DNA of 64,000 bases from Minisyncoccota bacterium (GCA_021129515.1 JAJOLD010000001.1:61633-125632), one strand, 5' to 3'; counted from the stretch's first letter, positions 1 to 10,872 are shown. Notes: a model not told the origin generated them from the sequence alone. Numbers and translations: made by a program.

Positions 1-297
1 ATCACCGAAACACAGCGACGTAGAGAACTCCAGCTTGCGTACAATGAACAACATGGTATCACCCCAGAAACCATCAAAAAAGAAATTCACGACATCACGA
101 GCCAACTTCATACCGAGCACACCGAGACGGTAAACACACTACTCACTGTAGACGCTGAGCGATATGCACAAAATCCAAAGAAAGTTATCAAGGAAAAACG
201 AGCACAGATGGAGGAAGCGGTCAAAATACTCGACTTTGAAACCGCAGCAATCCTACGCGACGAAATAGCAGCACTCGAATCACTCAACAAAAAGTAA
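1..297 (+). CDS. uvrB: Excinuclease ABC subunit B, C-terminal fragment (5' end outside window)
   Basis: Frame-1 translation ITETQRRRELQLAYNEQHGITPETIKKEIHDI...FETAAILRDEIAALESLNKK matches the UvrB C-terminus and UVR domain; TAA stop at 295-297. Confidence 0.85.
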   Translation: MTETQRRRELQLAYNEQHGITPETIKKEIHDITSQLHTEHTETVNTLLTVDAERYAQNPKKVIKEKRAQMEEAVKILDFETAAILRDEIAALESLNKK

Positions 298-322
298 TCG
301 GCACATACCACACTACGCCGTA

Positions 323-341
323 TTAGGGATGCAATCCCTAA
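323..341. repeat. REP palindrome family A, copy 1 (just downstream of uvrB)
   Basis: TTAGGGATgcaATCCCTAA. Confidence 0.7.
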
Positions 342-406
342 TGATGCAGGGTAGTTATCGACAGGCATATATGTCATGGCGTGATGCACTTTGTATACTG
401 TAGGTA

Positions 407-2683
407 ATGGCGACCAAAAAAGTCACCACTTCTAAACGAGTAGGTACAAAAAAAGCAGCCACGAAAAAACGTACAACGAGAGCACGAAGTGCAAAAAAAA
501 CAACAAAAAAGCGAGCTTCAAAAGCACCAACACGTGCAGTTAAAAAACGTGCCGCAACAACAAAAAAACCTACGCAAAAACACAGAGCACTGATGAAGCG
601 TCCTTCAGTTGCACTCAGTGCACGCCGTTTACAACTCTCCATACTCTCTCCGTTTCGTCTTCCTATTAACCATGATGCGATACTCACACAAACAGCACGC
701 TATGCTGGGTGGGCACTTATGAGTATTGGGGTGTGTATTGCATCATTTCAGATACACCACGTACATACCTTCTACGCACAGGTGGTCGCGCAGCAAGCAA
801 GTACTATTACTGCCACGACGGCTACTTCAAGTGGTGCTACTTCTACAGCACCAACAGCTACCGCACCCATTTCAGTGACGCTTGGCACGGCTAACCCATT
901 ACACGATACAACAGGAATACGCATTGAAGCCACTGATGCAGCTGGGGTAACTGCCGTGCTTTTTCATACAGCATCACAGCAATTCATAACACTTGGAAGC
1001 GGCAGCAAACAAGAACAGCATATATGGTACATACCGTGGGACACCACCATGTATCCCGATGGAATCTACACCCTTAAACTAATTGTAAAAGACACATCAG
1101 GCACCTATGACTGGGAGTACGGTGACTCGCTCGTTGTACAAAACACACCCGACCAGCAAAACACGCTCTTTGCAACGACCACAACAGAAACAGCTACCAG
1201 TTCTGCACACACCAGCTCACAGGAAGATGTTGTGCCGTACAACACGACCACTGCTGCCACACACCTCACACCGACCACCACCATACACTTTGCACATGAC
1301 GGCCCCTATAGTGGTCATGTACCGTTTGTTCTAACGGTTGCACATGCAACATCTGTTGAAGTCTATGCGCAACACCACACGGGTCGCCTTGAACAGTATC
1401 TCGGCACCGCACAAACACTTGATGCTGCACGATGGCGTTTTGGATTTGATTCAACAGCACTTCCAAACGGCATCTATACACTTGTCTTTAAAATAACCAC
1501 CCCGTATGGCGTGCACACAGACACGACACACTCACTTACCATTGCAAACGAAATACACACTCCATACACCGAAGCACAGCAAGCCTATATAGACAGTCTT
1601 ACCGTAACGCAGATACCGACACTCACCACACACGACACGCATGCAACGACGAGTACCACACCACCACAAGCAGGGCAGATAGTTACTTCAGCAACTGCGG
1701 ATGCAGCTATACAACCATTGCTCGAGGAGCATCACGAAGCTATTACCGAAGTGCAATTATCGCTTGCGCAAGCAATTCGTTCTGGTAATCAAGACCGCAT
1801 CCATACCGCTCGTGAAGCAGTGCAGACACTCAAACAGACCATTATCGATACACTCGACATCCAGGCAACAACAACCATGCATACCTATACGCAGACACTT
1901 TCACAGGCGTTTGAAGCAATCACCATTGAAACTGAGCGTAATGAACGCCTCATTCGTAGCCGTGTTGGCGATGCAGTTACCGCAGATACCGATGCAGATG
2001 GTGTGACTGATTATGATGAGATAAATTTATACAGTACCAATCCATTTTCAGCTGACACCGATGGTGATGGCTTTACCGATGCCTACGAGATAGCCTCAGG
2101 ATTCAATCCATTAGAGAGCACACCTGAAGCATTGGTCACCTATGCATCACCTAAAGACTCGGGCACAGAGCGTGCAGATATACTTTCAGTGACCGACATC
2201 ACCGCCCTCACTCATGAACATACAGACGCACCGAGCGCAGACATGCCCCCAGCGGCACTTATTACGGGCACCGCACTCCCAAACAGTTATGTCACACTGT
2301 ATATCTTTAGTACACCAATTATGAGCACCGTACGCACTGATGCGGCAGGGAACTGGAGCTATACCTTTGATAAAGCCCTTGAAGATGGCACCCATGAAAT
2401 ATATGTGGGTATGACCGATAACACCGGCGCACTCATTGCAAAAAGTAAGCCGTTTATGTTTGTAAAACGAGCCGCAGCATTTACCCCTGCTACAGCACAC
2501 ACAGCGCATCCACCAGTACCGTCTGAGACACCGACACTAGCAACTGATACAGAGTCGTCGTTCCTTGCGCAACACGTTATTTTGCTCATACTCTCGTTTA
2601 CCATTATTGTGCTTGGACTTGCATTACTTCTTATGGGACTCCATATCAAACCAGAGGCACCTCCTGCGTCCGCACAGGCGTAA
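407..2683 (+). CDS. Large membrane-anchored surface protein. Lys-rich H1-like N-terminal tail, Thr-rich linkers, Ig-like segments, thrombospondin-type-3-like Ca-binding repeats (DTDADGVTDYDE / DTDGDGFTDAYE), C-terminal TM anchor
   Basis: 758-aa ORF. N-terminal KKAATKKRTTRARSAKK... followed by a TM helix (WALMSIGVCIASF); D-x-D-x-D-G repeats; hydrophobic C-terminus (VILLILSFTIIVLGLALLLMGL). Confidence 0.7.
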   Translation: MATKKVTTSKRVGTKKAATKKRTTRARSAKKTTKKRASKAPTRAVKKRAATTKKPTQKHRALMKRPSVALSARRLQLSILSPFRLPINHDAILTQTARYAGWALMSIGVCIASFQIHHVHTFYAQVVAQQASTITATTATSSGATSTAPTATAPISVTLGTANPLHDTTGIRIEATDAAGVTAVLFHTASQQFITLGSGSKQEQHIWYIPWDTTMYPDGIYTLKLIVKDTSGTYDWEYGDSLVVQNTPDQQNTLFATTTTETATSSAHTSSQEDVVPYNTTTAATHLTPTTTIHFAHDGPYSGHVPFVLTVAHATSVEVYAQHHTGRLEQYLGTAQTLDAARWRFGFDSTALPNGIYTLVFKITTPYGVHTDTTHSLTIANEIHTPYTEAQQAYIDSLTVTQIPTLTTHDTHATTSTTPPQAGQIVTSATADAAIQPLLEEHHEAITEVQLSLAQAIRSGNQDRIHTAREAVQTLKQTIIDTLDIQATTTMHTYTQTLSQAFEAITIETERNERLIRSRVGDAVTADTDADGVTDYDEINLYSTNPFSADTDGDGFTDAYEIASGFNPLESTPEALVTYASPKDSGTERADILSVTDITALTHEHTDAPSADMPPAALITGTALPNSYVTLYIFSTPIMSTVRTDAAGNWSYTFDKALEDGTHEIYVGMTDNTGALIAKSKPFMFVKRAAAFTPATAHTAHPPVPSETPTLATDTESSFLAQHVILLILSFTIIVLGLALLLMGLHIKPEAPPASAQA

Positions 2684-2742
2684 CACAGACGCACAGCATC
2701 ACTATGCATTGTGTGGTATATTCATAGACGCATTATTCTTGT

Positions 2743-5382
2743 ATGGCATCAAAAAAACAACCAAAAACTGGCTGGCATGCACGCGATGACGAACACATCA
2801 TCATCCGCGGCGCACGCACACACAACCTCAAAAATATTGACGTCGATATGCCACGCAACAAACTGGTGGTGATTACTGGACTTTCTGGATCGGGCAAGTC
2901 ATCACTTGCATTTGACACTATCTTTGCAGAAGGGCAGCGACGCTATATTGAATCACTATCAGCATACGCACGACAGTTTCTTCGGCAAATGCAAAAACCC
3001 GACATCGATGAAATCTCAGGGCTTTCTCCCGCTATTTCAATTGACCAAAAGTCAGCATCGCGCAATCCACGCTCCACTGTAGCGACCATTACCGAAATAT
3101 ATGACTATTTGCGCATCCTCTATGCGCGCATAGGGCAACCCTACTGTATTGATACCGATGTACCTATTCAAAAACTCTCACAAGATGAGATTTTAGGTAT
3201 TATATTGAAGTCAATCGAAGAAAAAGAAATCAAAAAAGCGACCAAGGCCTCTGCTCAAGAGGTCATGGGTGTGTCAGTAAGTACCGCAAAGGTAGCCATT
3301 TTTTCACCAGTAGTTGTTGGAAGAAAAGGTGAATACTACCAACTTCTCTACGATTTGCTCGGTAAAGGCTACGAAACGGTCAAAATCGATGGGGAAGTGA
3401 AGCAGCTTCGTGAGAAAATCACCCTGAGCAAAACAAAACGCCATGACATAGATGTGCTCATCGACAAAATCTATGTCAGTGAGTTTACAGACGATCCTAA
3501 AGGATCAAAAGAGCGTCTTTCAGAAGCGGTAGAACTCGCACTCAAAGAATCTGAGGGTCTGGTCAAAATTGAGAACCCTGATGGCACCGAGCGCACCCTC
3601 TCTGCAAAATTTATTTGTCCGGTTGATGGCTCCTCATTCCCAGAGGTAGAGCCACGCCTTTTTTCTTTCAATTCGCCCTATGGTGCCTGTGAGGAGTGTA
3701 ATGGACTTGGTACCGTGGGTCTCTTTAATACTGACATTTGTCCAAGTTGTAAGGGTGCACGACTCCGCAAAGAAGCACTTCGGGTATATCTTGGTGGCGA
3801 TGGTAAAAAAGATTTAGGTAAGAACATTGTCGATTTCACCTCTATGACCATCGAGGAAGCCGCTGACTTTATCGCCAATCTCAAACTCAGTAAAACAGAA
3901 CAAGACATTGCATGGCCTGCATTACGTGAAATCATTGAACGCTTGCAGTTTATGATAAATGTTGGTATTGAATACCTCACACTCGATAGACGTGCGAACA
4001 CCCTCTCAGGTGGTGAAGCACAGCGTATTAGGCTTGCCTCACAACTCGGTTCAGGACTGGTAGGAGCACTCTATGTGCTTGATGAACCCACAATAGGGCT
4101 CCATCAACGCGATAATGACCGCCTCATAAAAACCCTTACCGAACTGCGTGACCTTGGCAATACCATCGTCGTAGTCGAGCACGACGAAGACACTATCTAT
4201 GCAGCAGATTATATCGTTGACATTGGTCCTGGAGCAGGAGTCCATGGGGGAGAAGTGGTTGTGTCTGGCTATCTCGACACGTTGCTCGATGCAAAAACCA
4301 ATCCTTCAAAGTCGGTCACACTTGACTATCTCCGCGGAGACAGAGCCATCCCCATACCTGAGCAACGACGAGATGCAGAAAAGGGCTCCCTCAAAATTCG
4401 CGGTGGCAAAGCATTCAACATCAAAAACGCGCAGATAGATATACCGTTGGGTAGATTTATTGCTGTTACGGGTGTTTCAGGATCAGGAAAGTCAACATTT
4501 ATGTATGAAATTGTACACAAAAACCTCAGGTCACGCCTTGATAAAAAATACCGCACCCCAGATACCTACAACGCAAAAAGCGTTACCGGCACCGAGTATC
4601 TTGGGCGCACTATCCTTATAGACCAGTCACCAATTGGGCGCACTCCACGCTCTAACCCTGCGACATATACAGGTGCATTTACCCATATTCGTGATTTATT
4701 TGCCGCAACCAGTGAGGCACGCGCGCGCGGTTGGAAATCTGGACGATTTTCTTTTAACGTCAAAGGTGGTCGGTGTGAGGCGTGTCAGGGTAATGGTATG
4801 GTTGCTATTGAGATGCATTTTTTGCCAACTGTGTATGTAACCTGTGACGTTTGCAACGGCACCCGATTTACCAAAGAAACACTCGACGTTACCTATAAAG
4901 ACAAAAATATCCACGAGGTACTCCATATGACCATTGAAGAAGCCGACAACTTTTTCATTGACGTACCAGCTATTCATGAGCGACTTAAGGCGCTCCTCGA
5001 CGTCGGACTTGGTTATCTTGAGCTTGGACAAAGCGCAACGACACTCTCTGGAGGGGAAGCACAGCGTGTCAAAATTGCGTCAGAGCTCTATCGTCCACAT
5101 ACAAGCAAAACCATGTACCTACTCGATGAACCGACTATCGGACTGCATTACGAAGATGTTCGAAAATTAATTGAAATTCTCCAAGAATTGGTCAACCGAG
5201 GCAACACCGTTATGGTCATTGAGCACAATCTTGACCTTATTAAATGCGCAGACTATATCATTGACATTGGACCTGAGGGTGGCGCACGCGGTGGCAACAT
5301 CGTTGCAAAGGGTACACCGGAAGATGTGGCTAAAAACAAAGACTCTTTCACCGGTCACTATCTCAAAAAGCTTTTGAAATAG
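2743..5382 (+). CDS. uvrA: Excinuclease ABC subunit A
   Basis: Two ABC ATPase modules ([12 protein letters not shown]..., [12 protein letters not shown]...), LSGGEAQR signatures and Cys-rich zinc-finger segments; 879 aa. Confidence 0.95.
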   Translation: MASKKQPKTGWHARDDEHIIIRGARTHNLKNIDVDMPRNKLVVITGLSGSGKSSLAFDTIFAEGQRRYIESLSAYARQFLRQMQKPDIDEISGLSPAISIDQKSASRNPRSTVATITEIYDYLRILYARIGQPYCIDTDVPIQKLSQDEILGIILKSIEEKEIKKATKASAQEVMGVSVSTAKVAIFSPVVVGRKGEYYQLLYDLLGKGYETVKIDGEVKQLREKITLSKTKRHDIDVLIDKIYVSEFTDDPKGSKERLSEAVELALKESEGLVKIENPDGTERTLSAKFICPVDGSSFPEVEPRLFSFNSPYGACEECNGLGTVGLFNTDICPSCKGARLRKEALRVYLGGDGKKDLGKNIVDFTSMTIEEAADFIANLKLSKTEQDIAWPALREIIERLQFMINVGIEYLTLDRRANTLSGGEAQRIRLASQLGSGLVGALYVLDEPTIGLHQRDNDRLIKTLTELRDLGNTIVVVEHDEDTIYAADYIVDIGPGAGVHGGEVVVSGYLDTLLDAKTNPSKSVTLDYLRGDRAIPIPEQRRDAEKGSLKIRGGKAFNIKNAQIDIPLGRFIAVTGVSGSGKSTFMYEIVHKNLRSRLDKKYRTPDTYNAKSVTGTEYLGRTILIDQSPIGRTPRSNPATYTGAFTHIRDLFAATSEARARGWKSGRFSFNVKGGRCEACQGNGMVAIEMHFLPTVYVTCDVCNGTRFTKETLDVTYKDKNIHEVLHMTIEEADNFFIDVPAIHERLKALLDVGLGYLELGQSATTLSGGEAQRVKIASELYRPHTSKTMYLLDEPTIGLHYEDVRKLIEILQELVNRGNTVMVIEHNLDLIKCADYIIDIGPEGGARGGNIVAKGTPEDVAKNKDSFTGHYLKKLLK

Positions 5383-5474
5383 TATCGAATGTGCATAACA
5401 CAGACACGTTGTATCAATAAAAAGGTATAATGGGTTTTTAGAGGTTCTCACTTACATCCATACGGAGGTACACC

Positions 5475-5648
5475 ATGGAGAGCAGGGCACTTACTTTCGA
5501 AGAGAGTAGACATTTACGAGAGGTGTATGAAGCATATCGAGACGCACCTCTAGGATTATTGCGGCGTGTATATTGGTATAAGCAATATCACAAGACATCA
5601 TTTATGCGCATAATAAAGGCAATGTGTACACCTCGTACACACAAATGA
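5475..5648 (+). CDS. Small ORF (57 aa) with a strong Shine-Dalgarno
   Basis: acGGAGGtacaccATG; MESRALTFEESRHLREVYEAYRD...; below the ORF-track size cutoff; lies between the uvrA stop and a bidirectional terminator. Confidence 0.3.
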   Translation: MESRALTFEESRHLREVYEAYRDAPLGLLRRVYWYKQYHKTSFMRIIKAMCTPRTHK

Positions 5649-5656
5649 TGTATAGG

Positions 5657-5689
5657 CAAAAAACCTGGGCAAACTGTCCAGGTTTTTTC
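5657..5689. terminator. Bidirectional rho-independent terminator between convergent uvrA and the DEAD-box helicase gene
   Basis: aaaaaACCTGGgcaaactgtCCAGGTttttttct: an A-run and a T-run flank a 6-bp stem. Confidence 0.7.
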
Positions 5690-5707
5690 TCATATATCTC
5701 TCATACG

Positions 5708-7036
5708 CTACTCAGCAATAAAGGTGAGGGCTTTACCACGCTGTGTACCACGACCAGTGCGGCCAATGCGGTGTACATAGTCTTCAAAAGTGCTCGGCAG
5801 GTCATAATTGATAACATGTGAGACATTATCAACATGAATACCGCGCGCGGCGACGTCGGTTGCAACAAGCACGCGTGCATTTCCGCTCTTAAACTTTCGC
5901 AATGAGTGCTGTCGCTGTCCATGGCTCTTGTTACCATGGATTGATTCTGAGGCAATACCGTGCGCCACCAGTGCCTTCGAGAGCTTCTCAACACTGTGTT
6001 TCATAGCACCAAAAATAATGACGCGCTTGAACGCTGGGTCCTCAAGGAGCTCAGTCAATGTGTGGAATTTGTCACTATGCGCGAACGGTACGACGTCTTG
6101 CTCAATACTATTAGTCACGTCTTTCTTCTTTACGGAAATAGTGACAGGGTCGGTAAGGAAGTCGTGCACCAGTGCTTCAATGTCCTTTGACATCGTCGCT
6201 GAGAAAAAGAGCGTCTCATGTGCATGTGGCACTGCGTCCATAATCTTGCGCATGTCATGAATGAATCCCATGTCGAGCATACGGTCTGCCTCGTCGAGTA
6301 CCACCGTGCTGATGCGGTCCATTTTTAGATTTCCACGATCGATAAGGTCGAGGATACGACCTGGTGTACCAATAATGAAATGGTTTTTGCGACGGAGTGC
6401 ATTGATTTGTGGACGAATGTTGGTACCACCCACGCAGGTTGTTGCATACTGCTTAAAACTCTTTGAGAGCTTTCGAAACTCAGCTTCTATCTGCAGTGCA
6501 AGCTCACGGGTTGGGGTTAGAATAATGGTTTGGCGATTGTACTCCTTATCTGTTTTGTGAATGAGTGGAAGCAAAAACGCAGCTGTCTTTCCCGTACCGG
6601 TCTCTGCAAGCCCTATAACATCGCGACCCTTCAAGATTTCAGGAATTGCTTGGTCCTGAATAGGTGATGGGGTTGTGATGCCGAGGTTGTGGACGGTCTT
6701 TACCAATCGATACACCAGCCCAAAGTCTTTAAAGGTGTGCTTTGGTGTATAGATTTCTTCTTTCTGTTCGACAGGGTTTTTGTTGATGAATTGAGATGGA
6801 TCAAATGTTGGCTGTACTCGTCCACCACGACCAGTGCGACGTCCTTTACCGTGGTGTCGACCACCACGAAATGACCCACCGCCACGGCGAGGTCCTTGAT
6901 TGCTTATATTGTTGTTTCGGCGACGTGACCCGCTACTTGAAAACGGGCGTCGCTTGCTCGAATTAGAGCCATTCCGATTGTGTCGGGGGCTCGAACTAGA
7001 GCCATTCCGACTTCGTCGGTGTTGTGTTGTTTGCAT
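5708..7036 (-). CDS. DEAD-box ATP-dependent RNA helicase with an Arg/Gly/Ser-rich N-terminal tail
   Basis: Motifs AETGTGKTAAF, PTRELA, VLDEADRMLDMGF, SAT, HRIGRTGRG. N-terminal RRSRNGSSSS...RRGGGSFRGGRHHGKGRRTGRGGR. Confidence 0.9.
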   Translation of the reverse strand: MQTTQHRRSRNGSSSSPRHNRNGSNSSKRRPFSSSGSRRRNNNISNQGPRRGGGSFRGGRHHGKGRRTGRGGRVQPTFDPSQFINKNPVEQKEEIYTPKHTFKDFGLVYRLVKTVHNLGITTPSPIQDQAIPEILKGRDVIGLAETGTGKTAAFLLPLIHKTDKEYNRQTIILTPTRELALQIEAEFRKLSKSFKQYATTCVGGTNIRPQINALRRKNHFIIGTPGRILDLIDRGNLKMDRISTVVLDEADRMLDMGFIHDMRKIMDAVPHAHETLFFSATMSKDIEALVHDFLTDPVTISVKKKDVTNSIEQDVVPFAHSDKFHTLTELLEDPAFKRVIIFGAMKHSVEKLSKALVAHGIASESIHGNKSHGQRQHSLRKFKSGNARVLVATDVAARGIHVDNVSHVINYDLPSTFEDYVHRIGRTGRGTQRGKALTFIAE

Positions 7037-7240
7037 CTATAGTTGTTGTTTAGTGTGTGGGAGTTACTGAGACAAGCACGAGTACTTTCTGCAGGACATT
7101 ACTAACGAGAGGGTAGTTCTGCATGTCGAAGAGAAACACCCCATGCTTCTGGACCCCACACGAGTATCAAAAGCGTTGCGGTAAAATAACATATTTTTTA
7201 TTATTCGTCAATGTTTCTGTGGAATGATTCGTGATTATAT

Positions 7241-8284
7241 ATGTGCAGAACACACGTATCTTCCACAATCAGTTCGAGAGGAAAAAATCATGTTTACACA
7301 CCTTTTTCATCTCCACAAAGCGTATCTCAGGTACCAGTACCACATAGGGTTGCAAGACCATTGCAAACATGCGCTTCGCTATACGAGCACGAAATTAAAC
7401 ATATTTGGCGAGGCACAGTGCCGCTTCTTGCACATATCAATGATGTGTCGAGACTGCTTGCACATAATACATCAGAGCGCACACTTATAGCCCTTTTGGC
7501 ACCTCAAGCATTTTTAACTGCACGTTTTCTTCCAGGTATTTCGCATGCACAGCTACACACTACTTTGAGCAAAGGTCTTGCAGACATGTCTGCTGCACAG
7601 TTCAATGTAGCAACAGCAGATGCAGATATAGTGAAATTTCTCAAGGTACTTCTGACGTACAACCAGCAGTTCTCTAGAAGACACAATCTACAAGACCTCA
7701 GGAGCACTGCATTCTATAGTGAACTCTTTCTTGATTTAGCGAATACTGCTGAAACACATCAGCTCCCTGACACTGCACAATGGTGCATTGCGGAAGGACT
7801 CACAAGAAGTAGGATGAGCCACGACATCACTCTGTTATACAGCACATTCTTTCGGAAGTTGTTGTCGGCACCTTTGAATCAGCAATACAAAAGATATGGT
7901 GCTTGGAGTATCAAAAACAGCATACTGGAAATACATTCTGAACTAAGACCCCCACATCTGGAATTGTATTGGTCCGTGGTCAGCGATGCCGTAGATGGTG
8001 GAATAGAAAATTTTTCACTCACAGAATCAATTACCTTTCTTATGTCTCAAAAATTTCATTTTACAACACCTGTTGCAAGAATTTTTGGGAAGCTGTATGA
8101 AGAAAACCCCGTATGTGCCAAAGATTTCCCAACCTATCTACTTGATGGGGACGAGGAATGGAAACCTAACGCACTGAATCTCCAAGCACTATATAGGCAG
8201 GTAACATCTCTTCGTGATGCTGGATTATCAGGAGTTTTGGACGCTTCTATAGAAAAAGATGCGGAGGATACAGCAGTACAGTAA
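7241..8284 (+). CDS. Hypothetical protein (347 aa); start uncertain
   Basis: Long ORF with normal amino-acid composition and no recognisable domain. The only SD-supported ATG (7292) is in another frame; see findings. Confidence 0.5.
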   Translation: MCRTHVSSTISSRGKNHVYTPFSSPQSVSQVPVPHRVARPLQTCASLYEHEIKHIWRGTVPLLAHINDVSRLLAHNTSERTLIALLAPQAFLTARFLPGISHAQLHTTLSKGLADMSAAQFNVATADADIVKFLKVLLTYNQQFSRRHNLQDLRSTAFYSELFLDLANTAETHQLPDTAQWCIAEGLTRSRMSHDITLLYSTFFRKLLSAPLNQQYKRYGAWSIKNSILEIHSELRPPHLELYWSVVSDAVDGGIENFSLTESITFLMSQKFHFTTPVARIFGKLYEENPVCAKDFPTYLLDGDEEWKPNALNLQALYRQVTSLRDAGLSGVLDASIEKDAEDTAVQ

Positions 8285-8322
8285 CGAAGCAGGACCACGG
8301 TAACGCCGTGGTCCTCATTGTG

Positions 8323-9363
8323 TTACCGACCCTGACCATAAACCTCCTTTAGTTTTGCCACATGCTCCGCATAGGTCACCGAACAGTAGAAGTTGCTTTT
8401 TGTATCGTGAAAATAGAAGAGGCAGTCCGTGCGGCGCGGGTTGAGTGCTGCGAGCACCGCTTCGGGTGCTGGGTTAGCAATAGGCGATGGCGGTAAACCC
8501 GGATGCTCGTAGGTATTAAATGCAGACGTAATATATTTATCATCAGGCACTACTTTCGGCCACCAAGGTCCGTAGGGAAGTGAACCTTTCGCATACTGCA
8601 AACTAGCATCGAGCTGGAGATTCATATCAATAAAAAGTCGATTCCAAATGACACCGGCAATGTAGCGCATGTCGGTAAAGTCGTAGGCTTCCCGCTCAAT
8701 GAGGGACGCAATAATAAGCGCATCTTTAAGCGGTACGAGCGCGGCAGCTTCATCACTATACCGAGCAATAACCTCGGTATTGAATCGATCAATAACCAAG
8801 TGTGCAACCTGTTCGGGTGTTGTGTCCTTCAGTACGGTATAGCTGCCGGGAAAATAGGTGCCGTCGGAAATATGTGGAGTTGCCTCGTGCATGAGGTTGG
8901 TAAACCGGCGACGCTCCTCTACATTCCAGCGCAAAATATCGGCAAAATTTTTGGCAATTTGTTCTTTACGTTCGCCTGGTTGAATGACTAAAATGCGACT
9001 CATTGGAGATGCGAGGTTTTGGAAAAGGTGCGACCTAGTAAGTGCTGCAAGTGTGCGACGAAACCAACTGGTGCGTTTGCTTGCGGCAGGAGTCTTTGCG
9101 ATATGTGTTTCAAAGAATGCATCAACCAGTGCATGCTCAGTGATTGTTTTTGTGATTGGATTCACACCTATCGGAAATTGTGCATGTGGAGATTCGGCAG
9201 GTACAGTGTCGCTAGTGAAAAATTGTACCGATGTATCAAACGCTACCTCTTTTGCTTTCAAAACAAAGAGCAAGGTCAGACTCATACAACACAATATGCT
9301 AAGCAGTATATACAGAACGAACCGACGGTTAGCAGGTGGTGGTGTGTTTACAGGCATACGCAC
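8323..9363 (-). CDS. mltG: Endolytic murein transglycosylase MltG/YceG family
   Basis: N-terminal TM; conserved LIIASLIEREA and NTYEHPGLPPSPIANPAPEA motifs typical of YceG. Confidence 0.85.
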   Translation of the reverse strand: MRMPVNTPPPANRRFVLYILLSILCCMSLTLLFVLKAKEVAFDTSVQFFTSDTVPAESPHAQFPIGVNPITKTITEHALVDAFFETHIAKTPAASKRTSWFRRTLAALTRSHLFQNLASPMSRILVIQPGERKEQIAKNFADILRWNVEERRRFTNLMHEATPHISDGTYFPGSYTVLKDTTPEQVAHLVIDRFNTEVIARYSDEAAALVPLKDALIIASLIEREAYDFTDMRYIAGVIWNRLFIDMNLQLDASLQYAKGSLPYGPWWPKVVPDDKYITSAFNTYEHPGLPPSPIANPAPEAVLAALNPRRTDCLFYFHDTKSNFYCSVTYAEHVAKLKEVYGQGR

Positions 9364-9463
9364 AAATTACCTGCTTAGTGTACCATTGTTGGTATCGTTT
9401 TTTCTTGTAGTACGAGTATACGAGTGATGCCCGGACGCTTGCGTCCAGGCCGTTGCAGATCTT

Positions 9464-9934
9464 TTAGTGATGTTGCGCACTGACTTTGTGAGTCACTGTT
9501 GCTGCTATGCTCTGGTTTTCAGATGTAATGTCGCAAAGCGCTTCGACCACCTTTTGCATTAAGATTGGTCTATCTTGGAGCGTTTCAATCTGCACATCTT
9601 TGCCACCGGCATCATAATAGTCTTGAATAAAAGGCATCCAGAGCTTAAATATGAGGGCAAAACAACGTTGACCATCTTGGCTCTGAAGCATTTAGAGAAG
9701 CTTGCCAACGTCAATGCCAATTTGTGCAAGCATCTGCCACAACTCTTTTGCCTGTGCCGTATTACTCAGATTAATATGGTAAGTACTTTCAAGCATAGCA
9801 TACAGGCGTTCAGGCAGTTACTTGTGCATCGCCTGCGCCTGCAAAAAGGATATACGTTGAGCATTGCATGTATAGAAGTTTGCAGCTGCTGAAGCAAGAC
9901 TGTCTACGGACAGTTGTTGCTGTCTTCGACTCAT
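9464..9934 (-). pseudogene. Disrupted ORF: three collinear same-frame fragments separated by two in-frame TAA codons
   Basis: Minus-strand reading gives MSRRQQQLSVDS...AMHK* LPERLYAMLESTYHINLSNTAQAKELWQMLAQIGIDVGKLL* MLQSQDGQRCFALIFKLWMPFIQDYYDAGGKDVQ...; no identifiable family. Confidence 0.3.
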
Positions 9935-10177
9935 TCGTTCCCGTCGTTGCTGCCGCTGCCTGCGCGCTTTCTTTGTTTCGGGAGGTGATCTTCGAAGAGA
10001 TATTCTCTGAGAAGCTTTAGGCTACTTTCCACACTTTTGTTTATGACGAACTGTACCACTGCGCCGTTTACCGCAAAGCTTTGCACTTGGGTTCACAAGG
10101 TACTCCTTCTGGACTTTCCAGATGTGTTGAATATTATCCCGTAATATCACAAAAAAATAAAAAAGGAAGTGACATCC

Positions 10178-10213
10178 AAAAAAAGCACCATCATAGTTGA
10201 TGGCGCTTTTTTT
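10178..10213. terminator. Hairpin with flanking A/T runs (bidirectional terminator-like)
   Basis: aaaaaAGCACCATCAtagtTGATGGCGCTttttttt. Confidence 0.5.
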
Positions 10214-10365
10214 AGTGAACTTGGGTTTTTATTTTGAACTACAACCTCCGATGGAGATTGCAACGCTGTTTCTTCGAGCACAATGCGTCTCCTAATCGAG
10301 GTTGAAGGAATGATGTAAATGTTCTTATTTTTGACTACCTATAACGGTACCAATCATGAATAGCG

Positions 10366-10872
10366 GTGTCAAAAAGTCTGAATATCTGCGCTCTTTTGTG
10401 TCATCACTTTGGTATACTAAACAAAATGAGACCGCATACATATACACAACGCATTGAGAAACTTAAGAGCCGTATGCAATTCTCGGTGGTCTTGGCTTCG
10501 TTTTTTCCTGTGTTATTGCAGGCGATATTTTTTGGGAGCGATGCGACAGCAAACCGTATTATTTTGCTTTGGGGTTTTGTGGTTGCCGTACTAATCACAA
10601 GCTACATGCTGATTGAAATATCACGTGGTGTGATTCATGCAAAAATTCTCTCATACACCAATGCGATGGTACTCCTCAACACCGCGTCATATATTCCGGT
10701 CATGATCATTGCAGCGTTAGTACAGGGAAGTGAAGTTTCGTTTGTGCTTGAGGCACTCTTTCAACTGAGTATGCTTGGTGTATTGGTGATACCGGTAGCT
10801 ATCACCACCTTGCTTGTGTGCAATGTAATACTCAAGGCGTTTCGGATTCAAATTGATGCACCTACGGAGTAA
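10366..10872 (+). CDS. Hypothetical polytopic membrane protein
   Basis: Multiple hydrophobic helices. A probable extended -10 (TGGTATACT, around 10405-10413) suggests the real start is Met 10426 (MRPHTYTQ...). Confidence 0.55.
   Translation: MSKSLNICALLCHHFGILNKMRPHTYTQRIEKLKSRMQFSVVLASFFPVLLQAIFFGSDATANRIILLWGFVVAVLITSYMLIEISRGVIHAKILSYTNAMVLLNTASYIPVMIIAALVQGSEVSFVLEALFQLSMLGVLVIPVAITTLLVCNVILKAFRIQIDAPTE

Noticed and set aside
108-687. Minus-strand ORFs 108-389 and 355-687
   Set aside because: They overlap the intergenic region and the start of the large plus-strand surface-protein gene. Their composition (runs of F/V/A) mirrors the Lys/Thr-rich coding strand, so they are antisense artefacts.
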